Positions 1 through 9,724 are shown, numbered from the stretch's first letter. The stretch is 36,039 nt of DNA from Candidatus Hydrogenedentota bacterium (GCA_029974275.1 JARKSN010000093.1:1-36039), one strand, 5' to 3'. Program-made: numbers and translations. Notes: generated from the letters alone by a model not told the origin.

Positions 1-2
1 GC

Positions 3-1517
3 GGCACGGGCGGCAACGGCGGAAAAGGCGGCAACGGCGCTGCGGGAGCCGCAGGCGGCAATGGCGGCGGCGCGATCGTTCTCTCTTCGCTGGGACTGCT
101 GCAACTCGGTCCGGGCGCTCTGGTGGATGTATCTTCGGGTCTTCCGGGCGGAGCCGTTTCGGGTTCCGGCGGCACGAGCGGTTCCGGCGGAGGCGCTCCC
201 TCCGGCAACACCAGCTCAGGCCGCACCAATGGAGCCCCGGGCGATTCTGTTTTCTACGGGACATGGTCCGGCGGCACGGGCGGCGGGGGCGGCTATGGCG
301 GTTCCGGCGGTTCCGGAGGTTCCGGCGGCACGGGCGGCACGGGCGGTTCTGGCGGAGTCGGCGGTCTTGCGTCTCCCGGCATGCTGAAACTGCACGGTTC
401 CATCGTGCTGGCCCACGATGCGACGGTGCAGTGCAACAATTACACGAGTTCCACAGCTTTCGGATCGTTGGGTAAGTTCACGGTGATATCGAACATGACG
501 TCCGAGGCCATCTCGGCCAATTCGCCGATCTTCTCGGACGATATTGTCAAGGGGGCGACGCGGAATGACGAGGCCCTGATGGATGCGAGCATCTTCGATC
601 CGGCGATCAAGACGCCATTGATTCCCAACCTGATTGGCGGTCCGGCGGTTTCCGGTTTTGCCATGGCCAATTTCTGGAACAAGGCGCGTGTGGAAGGTGC
701 ATTGCCGACGGAACCGTTGCTTGTCGAGCAGGTCATTCTTGCCGGCGATTTCGACGGGTTCCAGCAGGTCTTTGTCGTGAATACGAGTTCCACCGACACG
801 GCGGAAAAAGTTACGGTGGCGGTGGACGTCCATGCGCCGATCTCCATTGGCATGCTTGCGCCGGGCGAAGTGTGGACTACCTGTACGCCGGCGGGGATGC
901 CGGTGACGACGACGTTCAAGAAGTTCATCATCGACACGACGCCGCCGCAGATTTCCCTGTCGGGAGACAGCATCGTGAACCTGCCGAAAGGGGTTCTGTA
1001 TACGGATGCCGGCGCGACGGCCTTCGACGAGGTGGATGGTGATTTGACGGCCTTGATCGTCGTGGGCGGCCTGCCCATCGACACGTCGATTCCGGGAACC
1101 TACGTCGTGACCTACGACGTTGCCGACGATCACGGCAACGTGGCTCATGCCGAGCGCACGGTCAACGTTATCCAGTACAACGGTCCGGTCATCTACTTGC
1201 CCGTGGCATCGGTGGATTTCGGCGAGCAGAACGTTGCCGGCGGTCCAACGCCCAATGCGGCGATCGAAGTCGACAATGTCGGCACATCCCTCATGAAGTT
1301 GGGCGCGGTTCTGACAATCACCGGCCCGAATGCGGCTGACTTCAGCATCAAGAGCGTCGGTTTCACGACGCGCGGCGTCAAGCCCGGCGAAGGCGTCTTT
1401 ATCCAGGTGGCTTTTGATCCCAGCGTCCCCGGTTTACGCAACGCTACCTTGACCATCAAAACCAATGCCGTCAACAGTCCGGTGGTTGTGGTCCCGTTGC
1501 AAGGCATGGGACTATAG
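3..1517 (+). CDS. Large Gly-rich (PGRS-like) surface/secreted protein with DUF5011-type Ig domain and C-terminal choice-of-anchor D/ASPM-SPD-2-Hydin-like Ig domain; 5'-truncated by window edge
   Basis: Frame is open from nt 3 (GTGGNGGKGGNGAAG...). GGxGGxGG repeats; DTTPPQISLSG..YTDAGATAFDEVDGDLT..IDTSIPGTYVVTYDVADDHGN (DUF5011-like); VDFGEQ..NVGT..ITGPNAADF..FDPSVPGLRNATLTIKTN (Ig anchor-like). Confidence 0.8.
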   Translation, partial: GTGGNGGKGGNGAAGAAGGNGGGAIVLSSLGLLQLGPGALVDVSSGLPGGAVSGSGGTSGSGGGAPSGNTSSGRTNGAPGDSVFYGTWSGGTGGGGGYGGSGGSGGSGGTGGTGGSGGVGGLASPGMLKLHGSIVLAHDATVQCNNYTSSTAFGSLGKFTVISNMTSEAISANSPIFSDDIVKGATRNDEALMDASIFDPAIKTPLIPNLIGGPAVSGFAMANFWNKARVEGALPTEPLLVEQVILAGDFDGFQQVFVVNTSSTDTAEKVTVAVDVHAPISIGMLAPGEVWTTCTPAGMPVTTTFKKFIIDTTPPQISLSGDSIVNLPKGVLYTDAGATAFDEVDGDLTALIVVGGLPIDTSIPGTYVVTYDVADDHGNVAHAERTVNVIQYNGPVIYLPVASVDFGEQNVAGGPTPNAAIEVDNVGTSLMKLGAVLTITGPNAADFSIKSVGFTTRGVKPGEGVFIQVAFDPSVPGLRNATLTIKTNAVNSPVVVVPLQGMGL

Positions 1518-1537
1518 CCTGATATCTTCTCGTTCGT

Positions 1538-1574
1538 TCACAGCGCCCGGCTCATCGCCGGGCGCTGTGATTTG
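1538..1574 (+). terminator. Intrinsic terminator-like hairpin
   Basis: Perfect 14-bp stem tcacagcgcccggc / gccgggcgctgtga, 5-nt loop, followed by ttt, 20 nt after the stop codon. Confidence 0.75.
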
Positions 1575-1772
1575 AATTCGCGACGAAGCTGCATCGTTTC
1601 CCGCATTCGATCCCTGAAGCCTTTTTGCGTTGATTGCCTGCCTTTTATGCTTCCTTTATGGCCGTTGTTGTGAGATAATATCCGAAGAGCCATAGGTGAT
1701 TGCCGTACAAAAATCCAGGATATCCCAAACGCATATATTCCTGTGCGTTAATCTAACAGAAAGGCAGAAAGC

Positions 1773-4277
1773 ATGATCAGGTGCGACGTTGCGAAATCCG
1801 TGATTGGGTGTGTGGGGTTTCTGATGGCCCTGCTGGGCGGCGCGGGCATCGCTTTTGCCTTGACGCCGGGCGATATTGATGGATCGGGGACGGTGGACGC
1901 TCTGGACGTGCAGCTCGTCATCAATGGAGCGCTTCGGATAGTCGTTCCCTATGCAACGGATGTCGATTATTCCGGTTCCACGGACGCCCTGGACGTGCAA
2001 CTTGTCATCAACGCGGCACTGCATCTTGACATGGATGTCAACCGCAACGGCGTACTCGATGCCGCTGAAGTCAACCTGACGACCAGCATTGATACCTTCA
2101 CCATCAACGGAGGCGCTTCCGTCACCGACAATCCGTTGGTTTCCCTCTATACCGCATGTTCCGGCGGCCCCGATGAGTACATGGTCAGCGAATCACCCGA
2201 TTTTACGGGAGCTCAGTGGTTGCCGTACGTTTCTTCGTCCACCAGTTTCAGCCTTTCCCCTGGAAACGGCCTGAAAACGGTCTACTGCAAACTTCGCAAG
2301 GCCATTCTTGAATCCGCGGCGGTCTCGGCTTCGATTACGCTCGAGTTGCCGCCGCCCGAAGGTCCTACCTCCGCGTTTACGACGGACGATCTTTCGGGAA
2401 CGGCTCCCTATGTTGTGCATTTCAGTAATCAATCCACGCCGGGCGACGGAACGATATCGGCCTATGCGTGGGATTTTGGCGATGCACAGACCAGCGCCGA
2501 GGAAAACCCCACCCATACCTACCTGCAGGGAGGCGTGTACACCGTCTCGTTGACGGTCACGACGCAATACGGTTCCGATACGCTTGTAAAAACGGGATAC
2601 ATCGCCGTTGCCGATCCGCAGCCGTTGTTGGCGTATGTCCCCGCGGGCTGGTTTTTGATGGGCGCTCCAGGCGACGCTCCCCCGGACATGAACGTCGCGA
2701 CGCTGAACCTGGTCCTGCAGATCAACGCGCAAGGCTACGGCGGCGGCGATCGCAATGGAGCGGGCAGCGGCATTGGGCAGTTCGGACAACCCGCCACCAT
2801 TGGCAATGGCATGCTCGATCTGGCGGAGGTCGGCTTGCTGGAATACATTCTGGCGCATCCTGCCGCCCCGTATTACGCACAGGCGACGGCGGCTTGGAAC
2901 AGGAATTTCTCCAACCTCAAGACCCTCGCCACCACTCCGGGGTGGGCAGGAAAGCCGTTCATGGATGCCTGGGGATCCGGCGCTTCTGGCGGCATCCTTT
3001 TTCCGGATATGACGCTGCATTGCATGGCGGCCTACGCAACCTTGGGACATAGCCGCGATTATGTTTCCCGTTGGCTCGGCGCCTTCGATGCCGGTTTTGG
3101 GGGATCGACCGCCACGGCGTACTATAATTTCGCGACGCGGCAGGTAGGGGGACTCTCCTATGATGTCAGCTTGGAAGGTAGTTTGGGGGTGTATGCCGAC
3201 TCCGACAGCGACGGAGAGTCGAATCTTACGGAGTGGAATGGCATTATCGGCAATACCGCCTTCCAGGACCTGATCTGGTCTACCAAGGAAGCAACCATAA
3301 AGGCGTATGCGCAAGTGGCGCTTGACGGGACCCGGAAGGGCAGCGAAGTTTCGCTGGAGGGAGAATCGAACGGCTATCCGCGCCACAATGTTTACCTTGA
3401 CGCCTACCGCATTGGCGTATACGAGGTGACCACGGGCGAGTACGTCGAAATGCTGAACCGCGCCCTTGCCCAGGGCAAACTGTGCGTGAAAAGCGGCGCC
3501 GCGTATACCGGCGGCGACGTATTCATGAAAGATGCCACGAGCGAGACCAAATCCATTGTGCAGATCACCGATCCCGACTGCCAGGTTTCCTTTTCCGGAG
3601 GCCAGTTTGTCGTCGAAAGCCGCAACGGAAAATCCATGGTCGATCATCCGATGGTCGAGGTGTCGTGGTACGGCGCTTTGGCCTACTGCAATTGGCTTAG
3701 CGAATACAAAGGGTTGACGCCCGTGTACGATTTGTCGACGTGGAAACGCAAGACGCCTACGCCCAACGGGTATCGTCTTCCCACGGAAGCGGAGTGGGAA
3801 CGCGCCGCCTCGTGGGAGCCGAGAGACGATGGCCCCATCACCGTGCCGGGCGGCGGCCGAGGCCGCAAGTGGCCTTATGCATTCTTGGGAGAAACCATCG
3901 ATTTCACGCGCGCCAACTATAACGACTACTACGGGAGCGGCTACAACAATCCCGTAGGGTTGACATCGGCGCCGTACACCGCGCCGGTTGGTTATTTCAA
4001 CGGGGTCAATCCCGGCACGGCGCTCAGCCTGAGTCCGGTCGGCTGCTACGACATGAGCGGCAGCGTGTGGGAGTGGTGTGAAGACTGGAAAGGAGACTAT
4101 GGCGCCGAAGACCAGAGCAATCCCGTCGGTCCGAGCAGCGGCGGTTACTTCGTGTTGCGCGGCGGCGGGTGGAGTTTCATTCCCGACAACTGCCGCAGCG
4201 ATTTTCGCGGTTGGGAAATTCCTGCGCACACGGGTTTTAACGAGGGATTCCGCATCGCCCAATCCATGACGCCATAA
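1773..4277 (+). CDS. Secreted multidomain protein: signal peptide, dockerin-like repeats, Ig-like, PKD, FGE-sulfatase (SUMF1/CLec-fold) domain with large insertion
   Basis: Hydrophobic N-terminus ending AFA; GDIDGSGTVDALDVQLVINGAL and TDVDYSGSTDALDVQLVINAAL; PKD motif YAWDFGD..ENPTHTY..GVYTVSLTVT; FGE motifs YEVT, HPMVEVSWYGALAYCNWLS, YRLPTEAEWERAA, DMSGSVWEW, RGGGW, GFR. Confidence 0.85.
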   Translation: MIRCDVAKSVIGCVGFLMALLGGAGIAFALTPGDIDGSGTVDALDVQLVINGALRIVVPYATDVDYSGSTDALDVQLVINAALHLDMDVNRNGVLDAAEVNLTTSIDTFTINGGASVTDNPLVSLYTACSGGPDEYMVSESPDFTGAQWLPYVSSSTSFSLSPGNGLKTVYCKLRKAILESAAVSASITLELPPPEGPTSAFTTDDLSGTAPYVVHFSNQSTPGDGTISAYAWDFGDAQTSAEENPTHTYLQGGVYTVSLTVTTQYGSDTLVKTGYIAVADPQPLLAYVPAGWFLMGAPGDAPPDMNVATLNLVLQINAQGYGGGDRNGAGSGIGQFGQPATIGNGMLDLAEVGLLEYILAHPAAPYYAQATAAWNRNFSNLKTLATTPGWAGKPFMDAWGSGASGGILFPDMTLHCMAAYATLGHSRDYVSRWLGAFDAGFGGSTATAYYNFATRQVGGLSYDVSLEGSLGVYADSDSDGESNLTEWNGIIGNTAFQDLIWSTKEATIKAYAQVALDGTRKGSEVSLEGESNGYPRHNVYLDAYRIGVYEVTTGEYVEMLNRALAQGKLCVKSGAAYTGGDVFMKDATSETKSIVQITDPDCQVSFSGGQFVVESRNGKSMVDHPMVEVSWYGALAYCNWLSEYKGLTPVYDLSTWKRKTPTPNGYRLPTEAEWERAASWEPRDDGPITVPGGGRGRKWPYAFLGETIDFTRANYNDYYGSGYNNPVGLTSAPYTAPVGYFNGVNPGTALSLSPVGCYDMSGSVWEWCEDWKGDYGAEDQSNPVGPSSGGYFVLRGGGWSFIPDNCRSDFRGWEIPAHTGFNEGFRIAQSMTP
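1869..2030 (+). repeat. Dockerin-like duplicated Ca-binding repeat (also visible at DNA level)
   Basis: ggacgctctggacgtgcagctcgtcatcaa vs ggacgccctggacgtgcaacttgtcatcaa, both encoding DALDVQLVIN. Confidence 0.75.
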
Positions 4278-4296
4278 CGGACGAACCATTTTCCCG

Positions 4297-4342
4297 AGCG
4301 CGTCTCCTTCTGCTGGCGCGAGCAGAGGGCGGCGCGCTTTTT
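4297..4342 (+). terminator. Intrinsic terminator
   Basis: About 18-bp stem (one mismatch, G-U pairs) agcgcgtctccttctgct / agcagagggcggcgcgct followed by a T-run. Confidence 0.7.
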
Positions 4343-4409
4343 CCACACCCGTGCGTTATGGTACGTTTTCCTTGTGCTTGGCGAGAGAAACAATCTGGAT
4401 GCCGCATTC

Positions 4410-5549
4410 ATGAACATTGATCCCTATCGCGTTCCTTCTCCGTGCTTCGTGCTCGACGCAGACGCGTTGGAGCGCAATCTGGCAATCCTTGCGGACGTGC
4501 AGCAACGCGCAGGATGCAAAATCCTGCTTGCCCTCAAGGGCTTTGCGATGTGGCGCGCGTTTCCCCTCATCCGGCGGCATTTATCGGGAACTGCCGCCAG
4601 CGGCGTTCACGAGGCGCGACTTGGCGCGGAGGCATTCGGCGGAGAAGTCCATGTTTACTCTCCCGCCTACCGCGACGTCGAAGTGGATGAGTTGACGGGC
4701 ATCGTGGACCACATGGTCTTTAACTCCTTCTCGCAGTGGGAACGCCACCGCGAGCGGGTGCAGCGCGCGAAACGTCCGATCCAGTGCGGCATGCGCGTCA
4801 ACCCCGAACATTCCGAGGTGAAGGTGGCCCTGTACGATCCTTGCGCGCCCGGTTCTCGTCTTGGCGTGACGGAAGCGGCGTTTCGGCGCGATCTCCTCGA
4901 CGGCCTGTCGGGATTGCACATGCACACGTTGTGCGAACTCAACGCCGATGCCTTGGAGCGCACCCTGCCCGCATTCGAGAAGCATTTTGGCGGCTTTTTG
5001 CCATCCATGAGCTGGGTAAACCTCGGAGGCGGCCATCATGTCACCCGGCCCGATTACGATATCGAACGGCTGATTCGGATCATCCAGGATTTTCGAGAAC
5101 GCTGGCATGTCGATGTGTATCTCGAACCGGGCGAAGCCATTGCCTTGAACGCCGGCGTTTTCGTGGCGACGGTGCTGGACATTGTCCACAATCACATGGA
5201 CATCGCCATCCTCGACGCCTCGGCGAGCACGCACATGCCCGATGTGCTGGAAATGCCTTACCGTCCGGCCATTGTGGGGGCGGGCATGCCGGGCGAATTG
5301 GCGCATACCTATCGGCTGGGAGGCGTGAGCTGTCTGGCGGGCGATGTGATCGGAGATTATTCTTTCGCCGAGCCGTTGCGTCCCGGCCGGAGGCTCGTGT
5401 TTCTTGACATGGCCCACTACACGATGGTGAAGACCACCACGTTCAACGGCGTGCCGCTTCCCGCCATCGCGATAGGCCGCGGCGAAGAGGGCGCCATCGA
5501 AATCGTTCGCCAGTTTGGCTACGACGACTACAAAACCCGCTTATCTTGA
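4410..5549 (+). CDS. nspC: Carboxynorspermidine/carboxyspermidine decarboxylase
   Basis: PSPCFVLD, ILLALKGFAMW (PLP Lys), LYDPCAPGSRLGV, GLHMHTLCE, WVNLGGGHHVT, HMPDVLEMPYRP, CLAGDVIGDY, HYTMVKTTTFNG; start chosen at ATG 4410. Confidence 0.93.
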   Translation: MNIDPYRVPSPCFVLDADALERNLAILADVQQRAGCKILLALKGFAMWRAFPLIRRHLSGTAASGVHEARLGAEAFGGEVHVYSPAYRDVEVDELTGIVDHMVFNSFSQWERHRERVQRAKRPIQCGMRVNPEHSEVKVALYDPCAPGSRLGVTEAAFRRDLLDGLSGLHMHTLCELNADALERTLPAFEKHFGGFLPSMSWVNLGGGHHVTRPDYDIERLIRIIQDFRERWHVDVYLEPGEAIALNAGVFVATVLDIVHNHMDIAILDASASTHMPDVLEMPYRPAIVGAGMPGELAHTYRLGGVSCLAGDVIGDYSFAEPLRPGRRLVFLDMAHYTMVKTTTFNGVPLPAIAIGRGEEGAIEIVRQFGYDDYKTRLS

Positions 5550-5583
5550 GCCGAGAAGCCAAGGGTCAAGATTTCGGGCAACT

Positions 5584-6258
5584 TCAATCCACCGGCGCTG
5601 CGGGAACATTGCCGTCGGCGGTTTGGGGTCCTCCCTCCGCCTCGAAGAGCTGCTGCTGTCCGCTTTTCATTTCGTCGGCGCCGCGGGTCATGTGGGTTTG
5701 ATGTTCGATGCTGATTTCCTTGCGGGTGAGCGTGCCTTCCTGGGTCGCCGAACCCCAGTTGGCGTTCTTAATGCCGTAGAAGAACTGCGATCCGGGCGCC
5801 TCATTGAGCACCAGCGTGCCGCTTACGATGATGGGCTCCTCCACCATCGTCGCTTTTCTTCCCTTCTCCATCTCGACCAGGATCACGTCGCGCAGGGGAG
5901 GCGCTTCACAGAAGAAGCAGCCGATGGGGACAGGCAGCAACATGAAATACGAGGCATCCTTGAACTCGTCGATCGGCGCCATGAATCCGACCAAGTTCAC
6001 CGGCTGCGAACCGAATTTCTTCAATTCCGCATCGAAGAACGGACCGCTCTTTGCCGATCCCCGGGTCTTTTGCAACAGACTCCACGAGAGCAGCGACAGG
6101 CCTGATTTTTTCTGGACGCCTTCGGCGACCGCGCGTTTGGCTTCCATCTCTTCGCGCAAACCGCCTCGCTTCACTTGCAGATTGCCAAACACGAGCACTG
6201 CCAGTATGACGACAACGCCCAGCGCTGTCCCCAATTCCTTCACCATGCGTCGGCGCAC
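5584..6258 (-). CDS. DUF3299-family membrane-anchored protein
   Basis: N-terminal TM; LSWSLL..VNLVGFMAPI..FMLLPVPIGCFFCEAPPLRDVILV..PIIVSGTL; GGAGGA SD 6 nt upstream of GTG 6258. Confidence 0.75.
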   Translation of the reverse strand: MRRRMVKELGTALGVVVILAVLVFGNLQVKRGGLREEMEAKRAVAEGVQKKSGLSLLSWSLLQKTRGSAKSGPFFDAELKKFGSQPVNLVGFMAPIDEFKDASYFMLLPVPIGCFFCEAPPLRDVILVEMEKGRKATMVEEPIIVSGTLVLNEAPGSQFFYGIKNANWGSATQEGTLTRKEISIEHQTHMTRGADEMKSGQQQLFEAEGGPQTADGNVPAAPVD

Positions 6259-6412
6259 GTTCACTCCTCCTCGTCTCGCTTGCCGCTGTTGTCGACACGC
6301 AACCCGACCCGCCAAAAGCATGTGAGTATAGCATACGTGCTTTGCGCATCGCCAAAACGCGAAAATGCGAATTCGCGCCAGAGCGCCTTTGACGGACCCT
6401 TCCCCTCTCCCC

Positions 6413-6441
6413 TTGTCCCAACCGTTCCTACGTGGTATGGT
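6413..6441 (+). promoter_or_regulatory. Putative sigma70 promoter for the HAD-GT2 operon
   Basis: TTGTCC-N17-TATGGT with TG extension in the divergent intergenic gap. Confidence 0.45.
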
Positions 6442-6491
6442 TTTCGCAGCGGGAAGGGAATGTCGCCGGAAACACAACGGAGAGACGCAAC

Positions 6492-7508
6492 GTGCCAAGT
6501 GGCGGCTTGTTTCAGCAAAACGTGATAGCCGTGGTCTGGGACTTCGACAAGACCTTGACCCCGCTCTACATGCAAAAACCCCTGTTCGACGCGTACGGCA
6601 TTGAAGAAGCCGTGTTCTGGAAGGAAGTGAATGCTTTGCCGGCGTATTACGCGCGCGCCGGCATCCATGTGCATCCTGACACCTGTTACCTGGGGCATCT
6701 GCTTTCCTACGTCCGGCATGGCCGTTTCGCCGAGCCGCCGTTGACGAATAAGCGGCTACGCGAACTGGGAGCGGACATCGAATTCTATCCGGGCGTGCCG
6801 GAAGTGTTTGCGCGTTTGCGCGCCTATGTTGACAAACCCGAATACCGTTCGGGGGACTTGCGCGTCGAGGTCGAGCATTATGTCGTGAGCACGGGACTCG
6901 CCGAACTCATCCGCGGATCGCGCATCCACGGCGAATTGCGCCATGTCTGGGCCTCGGAATTTATCGAAGAACCCGCCGCGCCGGGCGTTGACCTTGCCGC
7001 TTTCCCTCCGGGCGGCCCTATCAGCCAAATCGCCACTTTTCTCGACAACACGACAAAAACGCGGGCTCTCTTCGAGGTCAACAAGGGGGTTGGTCTGGTC
7101 GAGGGGATCAGCGTCAACGATGACATTGCCGAAGAAGACCGGCGCGTGCCTTTCAAAAACATGATTTATGTCGCGGACGGCCCCAGCGACATCCCTTCTT
7201 TCTCGGTCGTGAAAAAATCCGGCGGCCTGGCTTTGGCCGTCTACGACCCGCGCGATCCGCGCCAATACGATCAGGTCAGCAATCTGTTGGAAAGGGGACG
7301 CGTGCACCACGTCGCCCCCGCAGATTACCGGGAAGACAGCATTGCCGATACGTGGCTGCGTAGACAGGTGGGGCGCATGGCGCAACGCATTGTCGAGGAG
7401 CGGGTGCGGGGGTTCAAGGGGCGCATCGGGATCGGGCCCACACACATTGGGGCGATGGACCGAACGATGAAGGATCATGACTCCGACACGCCTGAAAAAA
7501 AAGCATGA
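6492..7508 (+). CDS. HAD-like hydrolase
   Basis: Motif I VVWDFDKTL, YVVSTG, TTKTRALFEVNKG, MIYVADGPSDIP; GGAGAG SD before GTG 6492. Confidence 0.85.
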   Translation: MPSGGLFQQNVIAVVWDFDKTLTPLYMQKPLFDAYGIEEAVFWKEVNALPAYYARAGIHVHPDTCYLGHLLSYVRHGRFAEPPLTNKRLRELGADIEFYPGVPEVFARLRAYVDKPEYRSGDLRVEVEHYVVSTGLAELIRGSRIHGELRHVWASEFIEEPAAPGVDLAAFPPGGPISQIATFLDNTTKTRALFEVNKGVGLVEGISVNDDIAEEDRRVPFKNMIYVADGPSDIPSFSVVKKSGGLALAVYDPRDPRQYDQVSNLLERGRVHHVAPADYREDSIADTWLRRQVGRMAQRIVEERVRGFKGRIGIGPTHIGAMDRTMKDHDSDTPEKKA

Positions 7509-8824
7509 ACACGCCGCTGGTCCATACGCTCGTTCTTAACTGGAACGGGTTGGAACATCTCCAAACATGTTTCGAGTCGCTACTTGCGCAAACGCATCCC
7601 AATGCCCGTTTCGTTCTGCTCGACAATGCGAGCGTGGATGCTTCGGTCGAATTCGTTCAGTCCCGATTTGGCCACGATTCGCGGGTAGGCATCCTGCGGC
7701 TCGGCCAAAATATGGGTTGGTCTGGGGCCAACAATGTGGGCATCGAACAGGCCATGCAGGCTGGCGCGGACTATGTTTTTCTGCTGAATAACGATACCGC
7801 TGTCGAGCCTGACGCCATCGAGCGGCTTGTAGCCATGGCCGAGTCCGACGCAACCCTTGGCGCGCTTGCCCCGAAGATGCTGCTGTACAGTGCGCCGGAA
7901 CTGATCAATTCCATAGGGATCGAGTGTTCTCTTATAGGCTGTTGCTGGGATATTGGACTGGGCCGGCTTGATGACGACCGCTGGAACGAAGCGCGGCCCG
8001 TCATCGGCGTCTGCGGCGGTGCGGCGCTGTTTCGCGTCGAGGCCTTGCGCCGGAGCGGCTTGGCTCCTGCGGAATTCGAGTTTTATTTGGACGATCTTGA
8101 TCTTTGTCTGCGCATTTGGGGCGCCGGGTATCGCATCGTGACTTGCCCCGAGGCGCGTGTCCGGCACAAATTCTCCGCGACGTTGGGTTCCCGTCAATGG
8201 GCGCGCCGCAAATATAGGTGGAACACCCGGAACCGTTTTTGGCTCATGCTGCGTAATTATCCGGCGGACAAGGCCGTTTGCGCGTTGCCTGCCGTGGCTG
8301 CCGGCGAGATGCGCGCTGTGGGCCGCGCCTTGCTTGAGGGGGAATTTTGGCGTGTTGGCGCGCATATGCAGGCCTGGATCGCCGCCCTGACTTACCTGCC
8401 GCGGGCCATCCGATTGCGGCGGCAACGTCGCGCCGAAGGCCTGGATATGAGCCGTTTTTGGCCGTATGTGCGGCGCGATCGCCGTTTTTTCGAAGGCATT
8501 GAGCTTCCGCTGAACGGGTGGTATGCGCCGCGCGAAGTTCAAGGGATTTCGGTTCGTCCCATTGGGCGTTGCGCTACGATGAACGCGCTTTCGGGCCGGT
8601 TGCGCATCCTGCATGCCAACGCGTATCCTTGGCTTGGGATGACGCATGTCGTCGTGTGGCAGCATGGCGCGATCCTCAAGACGCTGCAGACCCTTGACAA
8701 AGAGATTCTCGAGGTGGATGTCGCCGATGGCCCTGTTGAATTCCGGGCAAGCCGGATATTCTTTGCCGAGGACACGCGCGAATCCATCGATATCGGCGGG
8801 TGGCTTGCCGTTGAACAGGCATGA
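7505..8824 (+). CDS. Family 2 glycosyltransferase with C-terminal extension
   Basis: LVLNWNG, LLDNASVD, NMGWSGANNVG, FLLNNDT, CGGAALFR, FYLDDLDLCLR; ATGA overlap with the upstream gene. Confidence 0.9.
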   Translation: MNTPLVHTLVLNWNGLEHLQTCFESLLAQTHPNARFVLLDNASVDASVEFVQSRFGHDSRVGILRLGQNMGWSGANNVGIEQAMQAGADYVFLLNNDTAVEPDAIERLVAMAESDATLGALAPKMLLYSAPELINSIGIECSLIGCCWDIGLGRLDDDRWNEARPVIGVCGGAALFRVEALRRSGLAPAEFEFYLDDLDLCLRIWGAGYRIVTCPEARVRHKFSATLGSRQWARRKYRWNTRNRFWLMLRNYPADKAVCALPAVAAGEMRAVGRALLEGEFWRVGAHMQAWIAALTYLPRAIRLRRQRRAEGLDMSRFWPYVRRDRRFFEGIELPLNGWYAPREVQGISVRPIGRCATMNALSGRLRILHANAYPWLGMTHVVVWQHGAILKTLQTLDKEILEVDVADGPVEFRASRIFFAEDTRESIDIGGWLAVEQA

Positions 8825-8857
8825 AATAACGTGGAATTTTCGAGAAAGCGACGCGCG

Positions 8858-9724
8858 ATGACTGAGGCGGAATTCGAGAGTTATCTTGGGGAACGGAAAG
8901 GCCTGATCGATACTGCGCTCGAGCGGCTTTTGCTTTCGGAGGCCGCCGCGCCGGCCCGGCTTCTCGAAGCCATGCGATGCGCCGCTCTCGACGGGGGGAA
9001 ACGTTTGCGGCCCATCCTGTCGCTGGCCGTGGCCGATATCGCTGGACGTCCTCTCGCGCATCTCCTTGACGTGGCCTGCGCCATTGAGCTTATCCATGCC
9101 GCCTCGCTCGTGCTGGACGATCTTCCCGCGATGGATGATGCCGCCATGCGCCGGAACCATCCGTCTCTGCATGTCCGCTTTGGGGAATCGACGGCCTTGC
9201 TCGCTGCCATAGCCCTGCTCGCCTTGGCGTACGAGCGGATTCCGTACAGCGCCGAATGCTGCGGAAGGCCGGCATCCGCGGGAAAAGCCGTGCAGATCGT
9301 CGCCCACGCCACCGGAGCGCAGGGAATCGTTTCCGGGCAGTTTGACGATCTTGCCTTCTCGCAAACCGGCGCCTCGGACGCTCGCATTGCGGAAGCGTAT
9401 CGTCACAAGTCGGGGGACTTGTTTCGCGCGGCGGCGCTGGCCCCGGCTCAACTCGCAGGCCTTTCGCCGTCGGATTCGAACTGCCTCGATCGTTACGCCA
9501 GCAATGTGGGGTTGGCATTTCAAATCACAGACGACTTGATCGATGCCGACAAGACAGGCGAGGATGCCGGCAAAATCACCCTTATCGCTTCCTTGGGAAT
9601 GAGTGGCGCCCGCGAGCATGCGGCGCGCCTGCTTGAGGAAGCCGTCCAGGCTCTGGACGGCTTTGGGAACGCGGCGGAACCGCTTCGTTTTCTCGCCCGG
9701 ACGATGCTGCGACGTACGGAATGA
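8858..9724 (+). CDS. Short-chain polyprenyl diphosphate synthase (IspA/CrtE family, GGPP synthase-like)
   Basis: GGKRLRP, IELIHAASLVLDDLPAMDDAAMRR (FARM), GQFDD, HKSG, GLAFQITDDLID (SARM). Confidence 0.9.
   Translation: MTEAEFESYLGERKGLIDTALERLLLSEAAAPARLLEAMRCAALDGGKRLRPILSLAVADIAGRPLAHLLDVACAIELIHAASLVLDDLPAMDDAAMRRNHPSLHVRFGESTALLAAIALLALAYERIPYSAECCGRPASAGKAVQIVAHATGAQGIVSGQFDDLAFSQTGASDARIAEAYRHKSGDLFRAAALAPAQLAGLSPSDSNCLDRYASNVGLAFQITDDLIDADKTGEDAGKITLIASLGMSGAREHAARLLEEAVQALDGFGNAAEPLRFLARTMLRRTE

Noticed and set aside
1..365. GGC-rich repeats as a CRISPR array or DNA tandem repeat
   Set aside because: They encode Gly-rich protein sequence and have no constant repeat-spacer structure.
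4150..4277. FGE/CLec C-terminus as a possible diversity-generating retroelement variable region
   Set aside because: No template repeat or reverse transcriptase in the window, and several variable-position codons (TGG, GAA, GAG) do not fit AAY-derived mutagenesis. A remote template repeat cannot be formally excluded.
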